Source: a bacterium | Lineage (GTDB): Bacteria; Patescibacteriota; Saccharimonadia; Saccharimonadales; Saccharimonadaceae | Assembly: GCA_030429975.1 (NCBI GenBank) | Contig: JAUIGB010000001.1 | Coordinates: 44,190-108,189, forward strand | Length of the DNA: 64,000 bases | Direction of reading: 5' to 3' | In this document: positions 48,470 to 57,120 of the stretch, in pieces | Position numbering within the stretch: the first letter of the stretch is position 1 | Layout: each line of letters opens with the position of its first letter | Position numbers and translations under genes: made by a program | The notes under the pieces: model-generated | The model's database searches: none | What the model was told of the DNA's origin: nothing | The model's input: only the letters and a program-made list of their open reading frames with translations

Positions 48470-49747
48470 TTAGCTGTTGATGATGTCGTGATAGTCACTG
48501 CCCTTTTTGTATGTCTGTATACCATCCTGGGATTGCCACGCCCTCTGTACGGGAGCTAGAATCTCCCAAGACCTCAATACCTCACCACTACTAGCAAACA
48601 GGCTCTTGCGACCCGTGATGGCGTCTACGAGTACTTGTTCATACGCTTCTGGTAGTCGCGTGTCCGAAGGGTACATATAGCTAAGCTTTTGACTCTGTAC
48701 TTCACGCTCATAACCAGCCTTTTTGACCAATAAATCAATCGAAATTCCCTCGTCTGGCTGGATTTTGAACACCAAACTATTACTATGTGCATCGTGTGAG
48801 CGTTTAAAGTTTACCCTCACCTCTGTTTTTTTGGCATCCAATGCCTTACCTGTGGTGAGCGTCAGCGGCACCCCACTCCAGTTTTCATCAGTTGATTCTA
48901 GCTTTAATGACACGAATGTTTCCACGTTGCTGTCAGGGTTGTTTACTTCGTCTCTATAACCCTGATACTGAGCATGTTTACAGTATCTTGGGTCGGCGGG
49001 CTGAACCGATTCCAGCGCCATCAGGCGCAGTGCCGGCAATGTGTCCCAATTTAGCTCGTCGGGTATATCAGATAACGTCAGTGCTAGTAACTGCATCAAA
49101 TGACCCTGCACTATATCGCGCAGCGCGCCAGTTTGTTCATAAAAATCTACCCTGCCCTCGATATCTACCGATTCCAGCGCCATTACGTCCACGCTCTCGA
49201 TGTATTTATTGCTCCATAGGTGTCGAAATATCGCATTCGTGGCACGAAACATTACGACGTTTTGCGCCATTTCCTTTGCCAGATAGTGGTCTATGCGGTA
49301 CACCTGCGATTCGTCAAAGTGTTTCGCCGTATGATCAATCATTTCCTGCGCGCTAGCTAGGTCCGTGCCGAAAGGTTTTTCTAGTAACAGCTTGTTTGGC
49401 GCGCGGTTTAGTCCCGATTGCCCCAAATGTTCGATGATATTCGCGGCGTATTCTGGTGGAACGGATAGATAGAATAATACTTGTTCGCCCTCGCCCGCGC
49501 TGATGTAATCCTTTAGTTTTGCATAGTCATCCGGGTTTTCGACATCCATCTGCAACATCGACGTCGTACCGTTCAACTGATGATGGTGTTCGCCCAGCAC
49601 CGTGAACTGCTCGACTTCCCTGCGAGAAACACCAATAATAGACAGTTCGCCAATATCGCCAGCCTCGATAATATTAGCCAACGCCGGCAAAAGCTTGCTC
49701 TGCGCCAAATGACCAGTGATACCAAAAATGACTAATGTAGTCTTCAT
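48470..49747 (-). CDS. zwf: Glucose-6-phosphate 1-dehydrogenase
   Basis: IFGITG, EKPFG, RIDHYLAKE, DIVQGHL, TGKAL. Confidence 0.95.
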   Translation of the reverse strand: MKTTLVIFGITGHLAQSKLLPALANIIEAGDIGELSIIGVSRREVEQFTVLGEHHHQLNGTTSMLQMDVENPDDYAKLKDYISAGEGEQVLFYLSVPPEYAANIIEHLGQSGLNRAPNKLLLEKPFGTDLASAQEMIDHTAKHFDESQVYRIDHYLAKEMAQNVVMFRATNAIFRHLWSNKYIESVDVMALESVDIEGRVDFYEQTGALRDIVQGHLMQLLALTLSDIPDELNWDTLPALRLMALESVQPADPRYCKHAQYQGYRDEVNNPDSNVETFVSLKLESTDENWSGVPLTLTTGKALDAKKTEVRVNFKRSHDAHSNSLVFKIQPDEGISIDLLVKKAGYEREVQSQKLSYMYPSDTRLPEAYEQVLVDAITGRKSLFASSGEVLRSWEILAPVQRAWQSQDGIQTYKKGSDYHDIINS

Positions 49748-49754
49748 GGTTCTA

Positions 49755-50468
49755 TTATAACGATAGTTTCAATTTGCGCAGGGCGAAAACCGCCAACAGC
49801 CAAAAGCCTGCCGTCCAGGCCATTGCGAGCAACACGTCAGATTCATTCAACATGGCAAATACCAGCCACCATACAAATACCAATGGGGCGTAGATGACTA
49901 TACGGTCGTACATACGCACGAACGGGGCGAAATGTCGGACTATTAACCAATAGATGACCGCGGCAATCATGCCTAATGGCAAAAACAACTGCGCCACTCC
50001 CCAGCCTATAACTCCGCCAACTAGCAAAAACATGACCAGCAGTGTCATTTTGTCCGTCACGTTATAATTTCGGTCAATATCAAACTGTTTCAGCTGTGAT
50101 GATAGATCGTCCATGTCCTTGTACGTGATTACCGTCGCGGAAATACCATCAAACACTGGTTTGTGTTTGATACCTTGCCTTTTGACTATTATCACGGGCT
50201 TTCGCATGGCATACGCCATTCCAGCCTCGACCACGCGACCACCGGTTGGATTATCGGACACGTCAACGAGTAGCATGTCGCACGCACCTATTTCATCGCG
50301 TGTGCGGTCCCATAGTTGCTTTGGGTTATCAAAGGTGTGTTTGTAATGTTCAACGTCGCGAACAAAGCAAAAATCCTTTAATCGTGCATTCTTGACCGCT
50401 TTGCATAGCGCGTCGATTTCGTGTTTGTTATCGGCCCCTTTGTACCTAGCAGTGACGTATACTTTCAC
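49755..50468 (-). CDS. Nucleoside 2-deoxyribosyltransferase-like domain fused to four TM helices
   Basis: KVYVT, IGACDMLLVD, GGRVVEAGMAYAMRKP; hydrophobic C-terminus. Confidence 0.72.
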   Translation of the reverse strand: MKVYVTARYKGADNKHEIDALCKAVKNARLKDFCFVRDVEHYKHTFDNPKQLWDRTRDEIGACDMLLVDVSDNPTGGRVVEAGMAYAMRKPVIIVKRQGIKHKPVFDGISATVITYKDMDDLSSQLKQFDIDRNYNVTDKMTLLVMFLLVGGVIGWGVAQLFLPLGMIAAVIYWLIVRHFAPFVRMYDRIVIYAPLVFVWWLVFAMLNESDVLLAMAWTAGFWLLAVFALRKLKLSL

Positions 50469-50486
50469 TACTTCACTATAGCAAAT

Positions 50487-51842
50487 CTACAAGTTTTCAA
50501 ACGGGAAGTATCGCTTAATGACATTACGAGCGATACGATCATTTTTACCCGTAATCTTGGGTCTATGCGAAAAGTCACTATTGTAAAGCAAGTGCATATC
50601 GGTGGGGTTCACGTCACGCACCTTTTTACTACCGCTCATTTGATTAGCCAAAGTATCTCCATACTCCAACAACGAATTTGCACCACCTTCGTTCACTCGT
50701 TTGTACATACGTCGCGCCGAGGTACTGAGTGAGGTGCCCTTTATATATCCCTTTAGCTTTGTTGGTTCCGCGCCTTTTATCAGACCTTTGGGTATAATTG
50801 CCCATCCAATGGAATCGCGATCCTCTAGGCCTTTACTCAGACTTCTGCAAGCTGACACTGTTTCTGCACGCGATGTTACGCAATGGGTTTCGCTAATCGC
50901 GGGCATCACCATTTTACGAAAAATCGGGTTCATGCCACCCGTGGACAGATACGTGCCTATCGCGCTCGCAAAACCTGATTCTTCGTAGTATCCCTTTAGC
51001 TCCTTACCCCGATACGCCATGCGTCGATGTATTTCATCCACCGCAACAGCACGCGTGGCACTATCGGTATTTGATAGTAGCTCGTCCGTCCAATCTATTT
51101 CGAAGTGTAATTTTAGATGAGGAAACAGCACCTCGCCTTTTTCTACTTCATCGCGCACGGCGCGTAGTGAATTACCACGCATACTAGGAGTATCTGCGTC
51201 CAACCATAAGACTGGATGCATGAATCCATTGCCCTGCCTAGCACAAAGCATGGCCGTTGCCTCCATATAATCATGCCTGACGTCAGTCATGCGCACGTTC
51301 CCTTTCTGGGTTTTTAGAGCCGTGAAAATCCGCAAATCATTGTTAGATATTTCACCCATCATCTGTTGTAAACGGGCGTAGTTTTCGTCGGCCAGCGCCT
51401 GTACTTCACCGCGTTTGCGGTTACTTTTATAAAAGGCATTCGCCCAAATAATCACGTTTACCGGTTGACCTAGGTCCTGTTGTGACTCGCCAACTAGACG
51501 TACCGTATCCGCCAACGTGTCGAAATCCTCGCTATTAACGGCGACAGGTATCGTGACGGTCGCGCCTGCTGGGCTATCTAGATATTCGTGACCTAGAGGC
51601 TGTAGCAAATCGTAGTTTTGCTCCATAGAGTCAATAGTCTGCTGACGCAGCTCCTCATCCCTACTTTTATATTTTTCTGGGTAATCTTTGCCCTCGCGAG
51701 CATAACTATATCTAGGAAAATCCTCGTACATTCGCAGGTACTGTTCGAAAGCCACGCCAAAGGCCTCTTGGTTGAGGCGTTCATAGTTGTCCCCTTGCTC
51801 TATATCGGGTACAAAACCAGAGTTTTCATGACTAGTGGTCAT
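50487..51842 (-). CDS. Divergent GT-A (GT2-like) glycosyltransferase
   Basis: VTIPV, WLDADT DxD motif, TGG, STSARR; promoter TTGAAA-17-TATAAT at 51851-51879. Confidence 0.55.
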   Translation of the reverse strand: MTTSHENSGFVPDIEQGDNYERLNQEAFGVAFEQYLRMYEDFPRYSYAREGKDYPEKYKSRDEELRQQTIDSMEQNYDLLQPLGHEYLDSPAGATVTIPVAVNSEDFDTLADTVRLVGESQQDLGQPVNVIIWANAFYKSNRKRGEVQALADENYARLQQMMGEISNNDLRIFTALKTQKGNVRMTDVRHDYMEATAMLCARQGNGFMHPVLWLDADTPSMRGNSLRAVRDEVEKGEVLFPHLKLHFEIDWTDELLSNTDSATRAVAVDEIHRRMAYRGKELKGYYEESGFASAIGTYLSTGGMNPIFRKMVMPAISETHCVTSRAETVSACRSLSKGLEDRDSIGWAIIPKGLIKGAEPTKLKGYIKGTSLSTSARRMYKRVNEGGANSLLEYGDTLANQMSGSKKVRDVNPTDMHLLYNSDFSHRPKITGKNDRIARNVIKRYFPFENL

Positions 51843-51879
51843 ATACCCATATTATAGCACAATTATGGTTATGTTTCAA

Positions 51880-52692
51880 CTATAGGTACAGAAGGACCAG
51901 ACTGGTGGCCATAACGGCCATGCCGGCAACAGCTCCGTAAACCGCCTGGTGTTCGGATGTGCTGTAGCGTTTTGCGGCCGGCAATAGTTCGTCTATGACG
52001 ATGAACACCATCATTCCCCCCACCGCCGCAAACAACGCGCCAATCAAGCTTTCGGGTAATAACGCAGAAAAGACCGCATATCCAACCACCGCTCCGATAG
52101 GTTCGGCTATGCCCGATGCCATGGTATATCCTAGAGCCTTTTTTCGATTACGCGTGGCCGCATATACTGGCGCGGCTACCGCAATTCCCTCTGGAATATT
52201 ATGGATTGCTATGGCAATCGCCAAGACTATTCCCAATTGTGGATCCTGCAAGGCACCGACAAAAGTCACAAGGCCCTCGGGCAAATTATGTAACGTAATC
52301 GCTACCGCGACTAACAGGCCGCTTCGCATGAGCATCTTTGCTTCTGCCTTTGTCAGTCCGTCACGCGGTTTATTCTCTAAACCTTCGCGTTTACTAGGAT
52401 TGACGGATTTTGGTAGAAACCTGTCGATAACAGCGATTAACGCCATGCCGGCAAAGAACGCCATGAACGTAATGGCCATCGCCCATGTTTCAAATCCTAC
52501 CGCTATCTGGGCCTGCGCCTTTGGGATAATTTCGACGAAAGAGACTAGTAGCATGGCACCCGACGCAAATCCAAGCGCAATCGCCAAGACTTCGCGTCGT
52601 ACCATACTCCGATGCATGGCCAAGAAACCACCGATTAACGTAGATAGACCTGCGATTAACGTAAGCGTTAGTGCGAATAAATATCCGTCCAT
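51880..52692 (-). CDS. zupT: ZIP-family divalent metal transporter
   Basis: LHNLPEG, IHNIPEG, AEPIGA, DELLP. Confidence 0.95.
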   Translation of the reverse strand: MDGYLFALTLTLIAGLSTLIGGFLAMHRSMVRREVLAIALGFASGAMLLVSFVEIIPKAQAQIAVGFETWAMAITFMAFFAGMALIAVIDRFLPKSVNPSKREGLENKPRDGLTKAEAKMLMRSGLLVAVAITLHNLPEGLVTFVGALQDPQLGIVLAIAIAIHNIPEGIAVAAPVYAATRNRKKALGYTMASGIAEPIGAVVGYAVFSALLPESLIGALFAAVGGMMVFIVIDELLPAAKRYSTSEHQAVYGAVAGMAVMATSLVLLYL

Positions 52693-52702
52693 TTATACCC
52701 TA

Positions 52703-53029
52703 CTAGTTTGATTGTTCATCGAGAGGCAGTCTATAGGTAATCTCGTCACCCCAACTGTCTGGTACTATATCACCACGTTCGATCGCTAACTGTGCCGAAT
52801 AAACAACGACGCCAGCGTGACCGATTGATACTCTTCTATCCAGAGGCTCGCCCTCGGCACTATCAATTATCGGTGTTTCCGAGGTAATCTGCGCGTTTAA
52901 CTCGGCCATTAATACAGGTTCTGGGTGATGTTCGGTGACTATGTCGACCACGCGCTTGGCTATGTCACGTTTGATTGCCAGTCTCTCTTTTCGCGGTAAA
53001 TCCGTATAACTAACAATCTCGGCGACCAT
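52703..53029 (-). CDS. Hypothetical protein (possible winged-helix fold)
   Basis: Abuts the nrdB stop; C-terminal ERGDIV…TYRL resembles a wing. Confidence 0.65.
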   Translation of the reverse strand: MVAEIVSYTDLPRKERLAIKRDIAKRVVDIVTEHHPEPVLMAELNAQITSETPIIDSAEGEPLDRRVSIGHAGVVVYSAQLAIERGDIVPDSWGDEITYRLPLDEQSN

Positions 53030-53030
53030 A

Positions 53031-54026
53031 CTAATCCTTCTTTTTGCTGCTAGAAGCGTTTACTTCGTAACTCGTGTTGGTACTCTCGAAAAAGTTGACT
53101 AGTTCCAACGTGTCATTCGCAGTCGCCATCCATTTGGCAGGATTGCTAACTTTGTAGTGTGGTTCAAAGCCAAGTTCTTCTAATCGTCGATCGGTTAGGT
53201 ACTTTACGTACTGGTTCACATAATCAGCGTTTAGACCCAGGATGCCTTTTGGCAACATGACTTTGTTGTATTCCTCTTCCATTTCGACGGCGTCGAGGAT
53301 AGTTTGCTTGATTTCATTGGCAAACTCTTCGGTCTGCAAATCTTCGTTTTCCTCTAGTGTCGTGAGGATCAGGTTAATGCCAAACTTTAGGTGCAATGAT
53401 TCGTCGCGAACCACCCAGTCAATCAACGACGCGAAGTTGCGTAGCAGATTTCGCTGACGGAATGACAGCGCAACCATAAAGCCACTATAGAACCAGATTC
53501 CTTCTAGGATGATGTTGTAGGCAATCAGGTTTCGAATAAAGTCTTTTTTACCCTCTGTCGTATTGATATCTAGGTGCTTTTCGGTCATGCGCTTGATAGC
53601 TTCCGTTTCAAAAGCTTCCTTACGTGCCATGACCGGTTCGTCGACATGCGCCGCATACGCTTTGTCGCGATCGATTGGGAAAGTTTCGAGTACGTACTCA
53701 AACGCCATACAGTGATTTGCTTCTTCCCACATCTGTTTTGCTAGATACAAATGACATTCGGCGGCGTTGACATAAGGATATACGCCAAAGGCAAGCGCTT
53801 TGTTAACCAATAGTTCGTTGGGGTTAAAGTATGCCATCAAAAACTCGACTGCATGGCGCTCCTCTTCGGTCATCTTTTTCCAGTCAGCTAAATCTTGCCC
53901 TAGTTGTATTTCGTTTGGAAACCAGGTGTTTGCAACTGCCTGATCGTACAGCTCCATCGCCCATGGATAATGTATTGGTTTAAGTAGTAATCCGTCCTGG
54001 ATACCAGTGCCTAGAATGCCTGCCAT
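53031..54026 (-). CDS. nrdB: Ribonucleotide reductase beta subunit, class Ic (R2c)-like
   Basis: YFNPNE, EEANHCMAF (Phe at the radical-Tyr position), EGIWFYSGF, RDESLH, FFE…Y tail. Confidence 0.93.
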   Translation of the reverse strand: MAGILGTGIQDGLLLKPIHYPWAMELYDQAVANTWFPNEIQLGQDLADWKKMTEEERHAVEFLMAYFNPNELLVNKALAFGVYPYVNAAECHLYLAKQMWEEANHCMAFEYVLETFPIDRDKAYAAHVDEPVMARKEAFETEAIKRMTEKHLDINTTEGKKDFIRNLIAYNIILEGIWFYSGFMVALSFRQRNLLRNFASLIDWVVRDESLHLKFGINLILTTLEENEDLQTEEFANEIKQTILDAVEMEEEYNKVMLPKGILGLNADYVNQYVKYLTDRRLEELGFEPHYKVSNPAKWMATANDTLELVNFFESTNTSYEVNASSSKKKD

Positions 54027-54101
54027 GATATTTATCGAGTCCTTTCTTGAGTGTCTTTAATAAATTTACCATATGTCACCCCTATTAAATAATGCTTGTT
54101 T

Positions 54102-54275
54102 TTATTCGCAACCTTCGCAAATAGTCAGACTTGCGGGATCTAGTGGAGCCGCGATAGAACCGTTGCTTTTGGCTTCTTCGTTAGCCTGTTGTTGTGCTGC
54201 CTTCATGGCATCGTCGATTGCTTTTAGCTTTTGCTCAAGTGTCATGCTGTCACTGATAATTGATTTTGCATTCAT
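54102..54275 (-). CDS. 57-aa protein resembling a detached NrdA C-terminal redox tail
   Basis: Hand-translated MNAKSIISDSMTLEQKLKAIDDAMKAAQQQANEEAKSNGSIAAPLDPASLTICEGCE*; SD AGGGGG; below the ORF-track cut-off. Confidence 0.85.
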   Translation of the reverse strand: MNAKSIISDSMTLEQKLKAIDDAMKAAQQQANEEAKSNGSIAAPLDPASLTICEGCE

Positions 54276-54343
54276 GGTTATTCCCCCTATTTGTTCGTAA
54301 TTTTATTTTGAAATGTACTGTGGTGTTTGTCTTTGTTTTTATC

Positions 54344-56773
54344 TCATGAGCCCCCCACTGTCTGTTTTTTAGCGAATCCAAATCCTGTCTTTCTTGGACC
54401 GCCGCTCTTTTTTGCCATCTCTTCGGTTTTATTCACTCGTGTCGTACTTTGCTCGGCCTGATGTCTAGGTTTGACGTGCAGATAGTAGGTAGACTTTAGA
54501 CCACGTTTCCATGCTTCCATGTAAATCTTTTCGTATTCGTCTAAATCGCGTGTTTCTAGATACATGTTTCGGCTAATCGCCTGGTCAACCCACTTCTGGG
54601 CACGCCCAGCTACTTCGATAAACGCGTACGGGCTCAGCTGGAAACTCGTCTTGTAAACGTCTTTGATGTGCTGTGGAATCGCTTCTATATCTTGTATGTC
54701 GCCCTGATTCGCCAGGACTTCGTCTTTTACTTGGTCCCATATGTTGAGCTCTTTTAGCTTTGCGACCATATTGTGATTTATCTCTAGGAATTTGCCATTT
54801 AACGTAGCGCGGCTAAATATCTGCGCAAACCGTGGATCAATGCCTGGCGTAGTACCCGCAACGTGGCCAATATTCGCCGTTGGCGCAATCGCCATCAACG
54901 TTGCGTTACGCATACCTTTTTTGGTCTTTTTTCGCAGTGCTTCCCAATCTAGTTTGTGCTTGCGCGAGATAGCAACGCGGACCTTGCGGGCATCTGCCAG
55001 CGTGTCTAGAGTATCGATTGGCAACAAGCCTTTGCTCCAACCGCTTCCCTTGAATTGCGGATAACTACCGAGTTTTTTGGCCAAATCAGCCGATTCATCG
55101 ATAGCATGATAGCTGACGAATTCTACCAACTGATCAATTAAATCGTATGCCTCTTCGCTTTCATAGCTATAGTTGAGCTTTTCCAAGACGTCGCTCAAGC
55201 CCATCACACCTAGTCCGATAGCTCGGTTTTGCAAATTCGAATTCATCGCTTCTGGCACTGGCGTATTAGTGATATCGCACAGGTTATCTAGTTGCCTAGT
55301 AGCAGCTCGTGATGCTTTTTCTAATCGTTCCCAGTCCCAACTACCGTCCTCGCCCAAGAATTGCGACAAGTTAATACTGATTAGGTTACAAACAGAGATG
55401 TTCTTTTCATCCTGTGGCAATGTAATCTCGGTGCACATGTTCGAGCAGTGAATCGTGCTGGTATTGTTGTTTAGCGCGCGAACGTTGATAGTGTCCTTCC
55501 ATGTTAGCCATGGATGGCTCGTTGCTTGTAGTTGCGTCAAGATCTGGCGATATTGATGACGCGCGGATGTTTTTTGGAACGTGCGCATCTTGCCCGCTTC
55601 GGCTAGTTTGCAATATTCCGCGTAACGAGCCGAGAACTCCTCGCCATACAACTCGGGCAAGTCAGGCGTGTCGGCTGGATCGAACAGATACCAATCCTTG
55701 TCTTTTTCGACTCGTTTCATGAATTCGTCGCTCAAATAAACGGCCGTGTTCATGATTCGGGTTCGCATGTATGGATCACCCGAATTGGCGCGTAGGTCCA
55801 AAAATTCCGGAAAGTTCAGGTGCCAGTTCTCTAGATACATGGCGGCACCGCCCATCTTTTTGCCTTTTCGGCTGACAGCGAATAGCGCCGTATCGATCAT
55901 TTTCATGAAAGGAATGGGGCCTGTGCTCTCGGTATTAGTAGTCTTTACTGGACTACCCGCGGCGCGAAGCTTGGTCATAGTAATACCGATTCCGCCAGTT
56001 CCTTTGGCAATCCACATCGTATCGCGAACGCTCTTTGCAATCGCCTCCATGTCGTCTTGAACCTCTATCAGAAAGCAGTTGGACAATTGAGGGTGCGCGC
56101 CACCGGCGTTTACCCTAGTAGAACCACCCGTAACGTACTCTAGTCGACTCATATGCTCATAGAACTCAATCGCCGCCTTCGTTGGATTTTTTTCGTTGTA
56201 ACTAAGCCCCATCGCGATTCGCATGTGCGTAAACTGTGGAACTTCTAGAGGTTTTTTACTATCACCGTGTAGACGCAGAGCGTATCGGTTCATAGTCGTT
56301 ACCACGCCTAGATATTTGAACAAGTCATCTCGCTCTGGGACCAGTGCCTCGGCAAGTTTTTTCAAATCAAACCTCTTGTCGGCCATTCGCTTATCTAACA
56401 GGCCATCCTTAACCGCCTGCTTGATAAACTGCGGAAACTTCTTTACGTGAAGTTTTGCCACGTCGTCGTGTGATTCGAAATCACCCAGAATATTCTTGTA
56501 AACGTTTTTTAGCATTAATCGCGCCGCGATGGTGTCAAAATCTGGATCGTCTTTGACGTTTTGTAGCGCGGTATGAATAACGGCCTCGTCCAGTTGTTCG
56601 GTGGTGATGCCGTCAAATAATGTCAATTGCAATTCACTGGCTACCTGTACTACCTTTTGGATTTGGTCTGGGAGACCCTCACTAGCAACCACCAAAGCAA
56701 GGTTGATTTTGTTCGCATCGAAAGGTTCACGTGTTCCATCTCGTTTGACGACGCTTATACCCATGTTACCCAA
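54344..56773 (-). CDS. nrdA: Ribonucleotide reductase alpha subunit with ATP cone, lacking the C-terminal Cys pair
   Basis: VVKRDG ATP cone, LSNCF, SNMCTE, VCNL, IAPTA, STYY; ends …FGFAKKQTVGGS. Confidence 0.97.
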   Translation of the reverse strand: MGNMGISVVKRDGTREPFDANKINLALVVASEGLPDQIQKVVQVASELQLTLFDGITTEQLDEAVIHTALQNVKDDPDFDTIAARLMLKNVYKNILGDFESHDDVAKLHVKKFPQFIKQAVKDGLLDKRMADKRFDLKKLAEALVPERDDLFKYLGVVTTMNRYALRLHGDSKKPLEVPQFTHMRIAMGLSYNEKNPTKAAIEFYEHMSRLEYVTGGSTRVNAGGAHPQLSNCFLIEVQDDMEAIAKSVRDTMWIAKGTGGIGITMTKLRAAGSPVKTTNTESTGPIPFMKMIDTALFAVSRKGKKMGGAAMYLENWHLNFPEFLDLRANSGDPYMRTRIMNTAVYLSDEFMKRVEKDKDWYLFDPADTPDLPELYGEEFSARYAEYCKLAEAGKMRTFQKTSARHQYRQILTQLQATSHPWLTWKDTINVRALNNNTSTIHCSNMCTEITLPQDEKNISVCNLISINLSQFLGEDGSWDWERLEKASRAATRQLDNLCDITNTPVPEAMNSNLQNRAIGLGVMGLSDVLEKLNYSYESEEAYDLIDQLVEFVSYHAIDESADLAKKLGSYPQFKGSGWSKGLLPIDTLDTLADARKVRVAISRKHKLDWEALRKKTKKGMRNATLMAIAPTANIGHVAGTTPGIDPRFAQIFSRATLNGKFLEINHNMVAKLKELNIWDQVKDEVLANQGDIQDIEAIPQHIKDVYKTSFQLSPYAFIEVAGRAQKWVDQAISRNMYLETRDLDEYEKIYMEAWKRGLKSTYYLHVKPRHQAEQSTTRVNKTEEMAKKSGGPRKTGFGFAKKQTVGGS

Positions 56774-56840
56774 ATTCCTCCTTTACCTCACCTATTACAG
56801 TGTGGTGGATGTTAGTTTTTATTAATTGTTTTCCTGAACA

Positions 56841-56945
56841 CACCCGGTGGTTCCACTGCGACGCGTCTCTCGTGCGTCTATCGGGGGTGCAAGAAAACGC
56901 CCTATCCGTGATAGATCTGGCGGTGGTTTTCCCTCCGTCTTGCAC
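56841..56945 (-). promoter_or_regulatory. Structured 5' leader of nrdA
   Basis: GUGCAAGA/UCUUGCAC closing a two-hairpin junction, followed by a CCCG/CGGG-closed domain. Confidence 0.5.
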
Positions 56946-57095
56946 AATGTGTATTTTTGTTGAACTACTACAATGTAGTGTCTACATACGACTATAAACC
57001 CCATATATATGGCATTTCAAGTCTTTTTTTGTGTTTTTTTGACCACACGCCCATTTTGCTTGCGCTAACACCTTATAGTGTTGTAAAAAACAAAC

Positions 57096-57117
57096 ACCAC
57101 ACTATATATGGTGTGGT
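57096..57117. promoter_or_regulatory. NrdR box-like palindrome upstream of nrdA
   Basis: ACCACACTATATATGGTGTGGT contains ACACTATATATGGTGT, close to consensus acaCwAtATaTwGtgt; weaker copy near 56998-57013. Confidence 0.65.
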
Positions 57118-57120
57118 CGT

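Noticed and set aside
51995..52711. Long antisense ORFs (also 10196-10648, 23035-23589, 59861-60367)
   Set aside because: Shadow frames of well-supported genes on the opposite strand.
54275..54346. TGA read-through (or genetic code 25) joining nrdA to the CEGCE mini-ORF
   Set aside because: The mini-ORF is in a different frame, read-through meets TAG at 54287-54289, the ORF has its own SD, and TGA ends other intact genes such as truB and pyrG.
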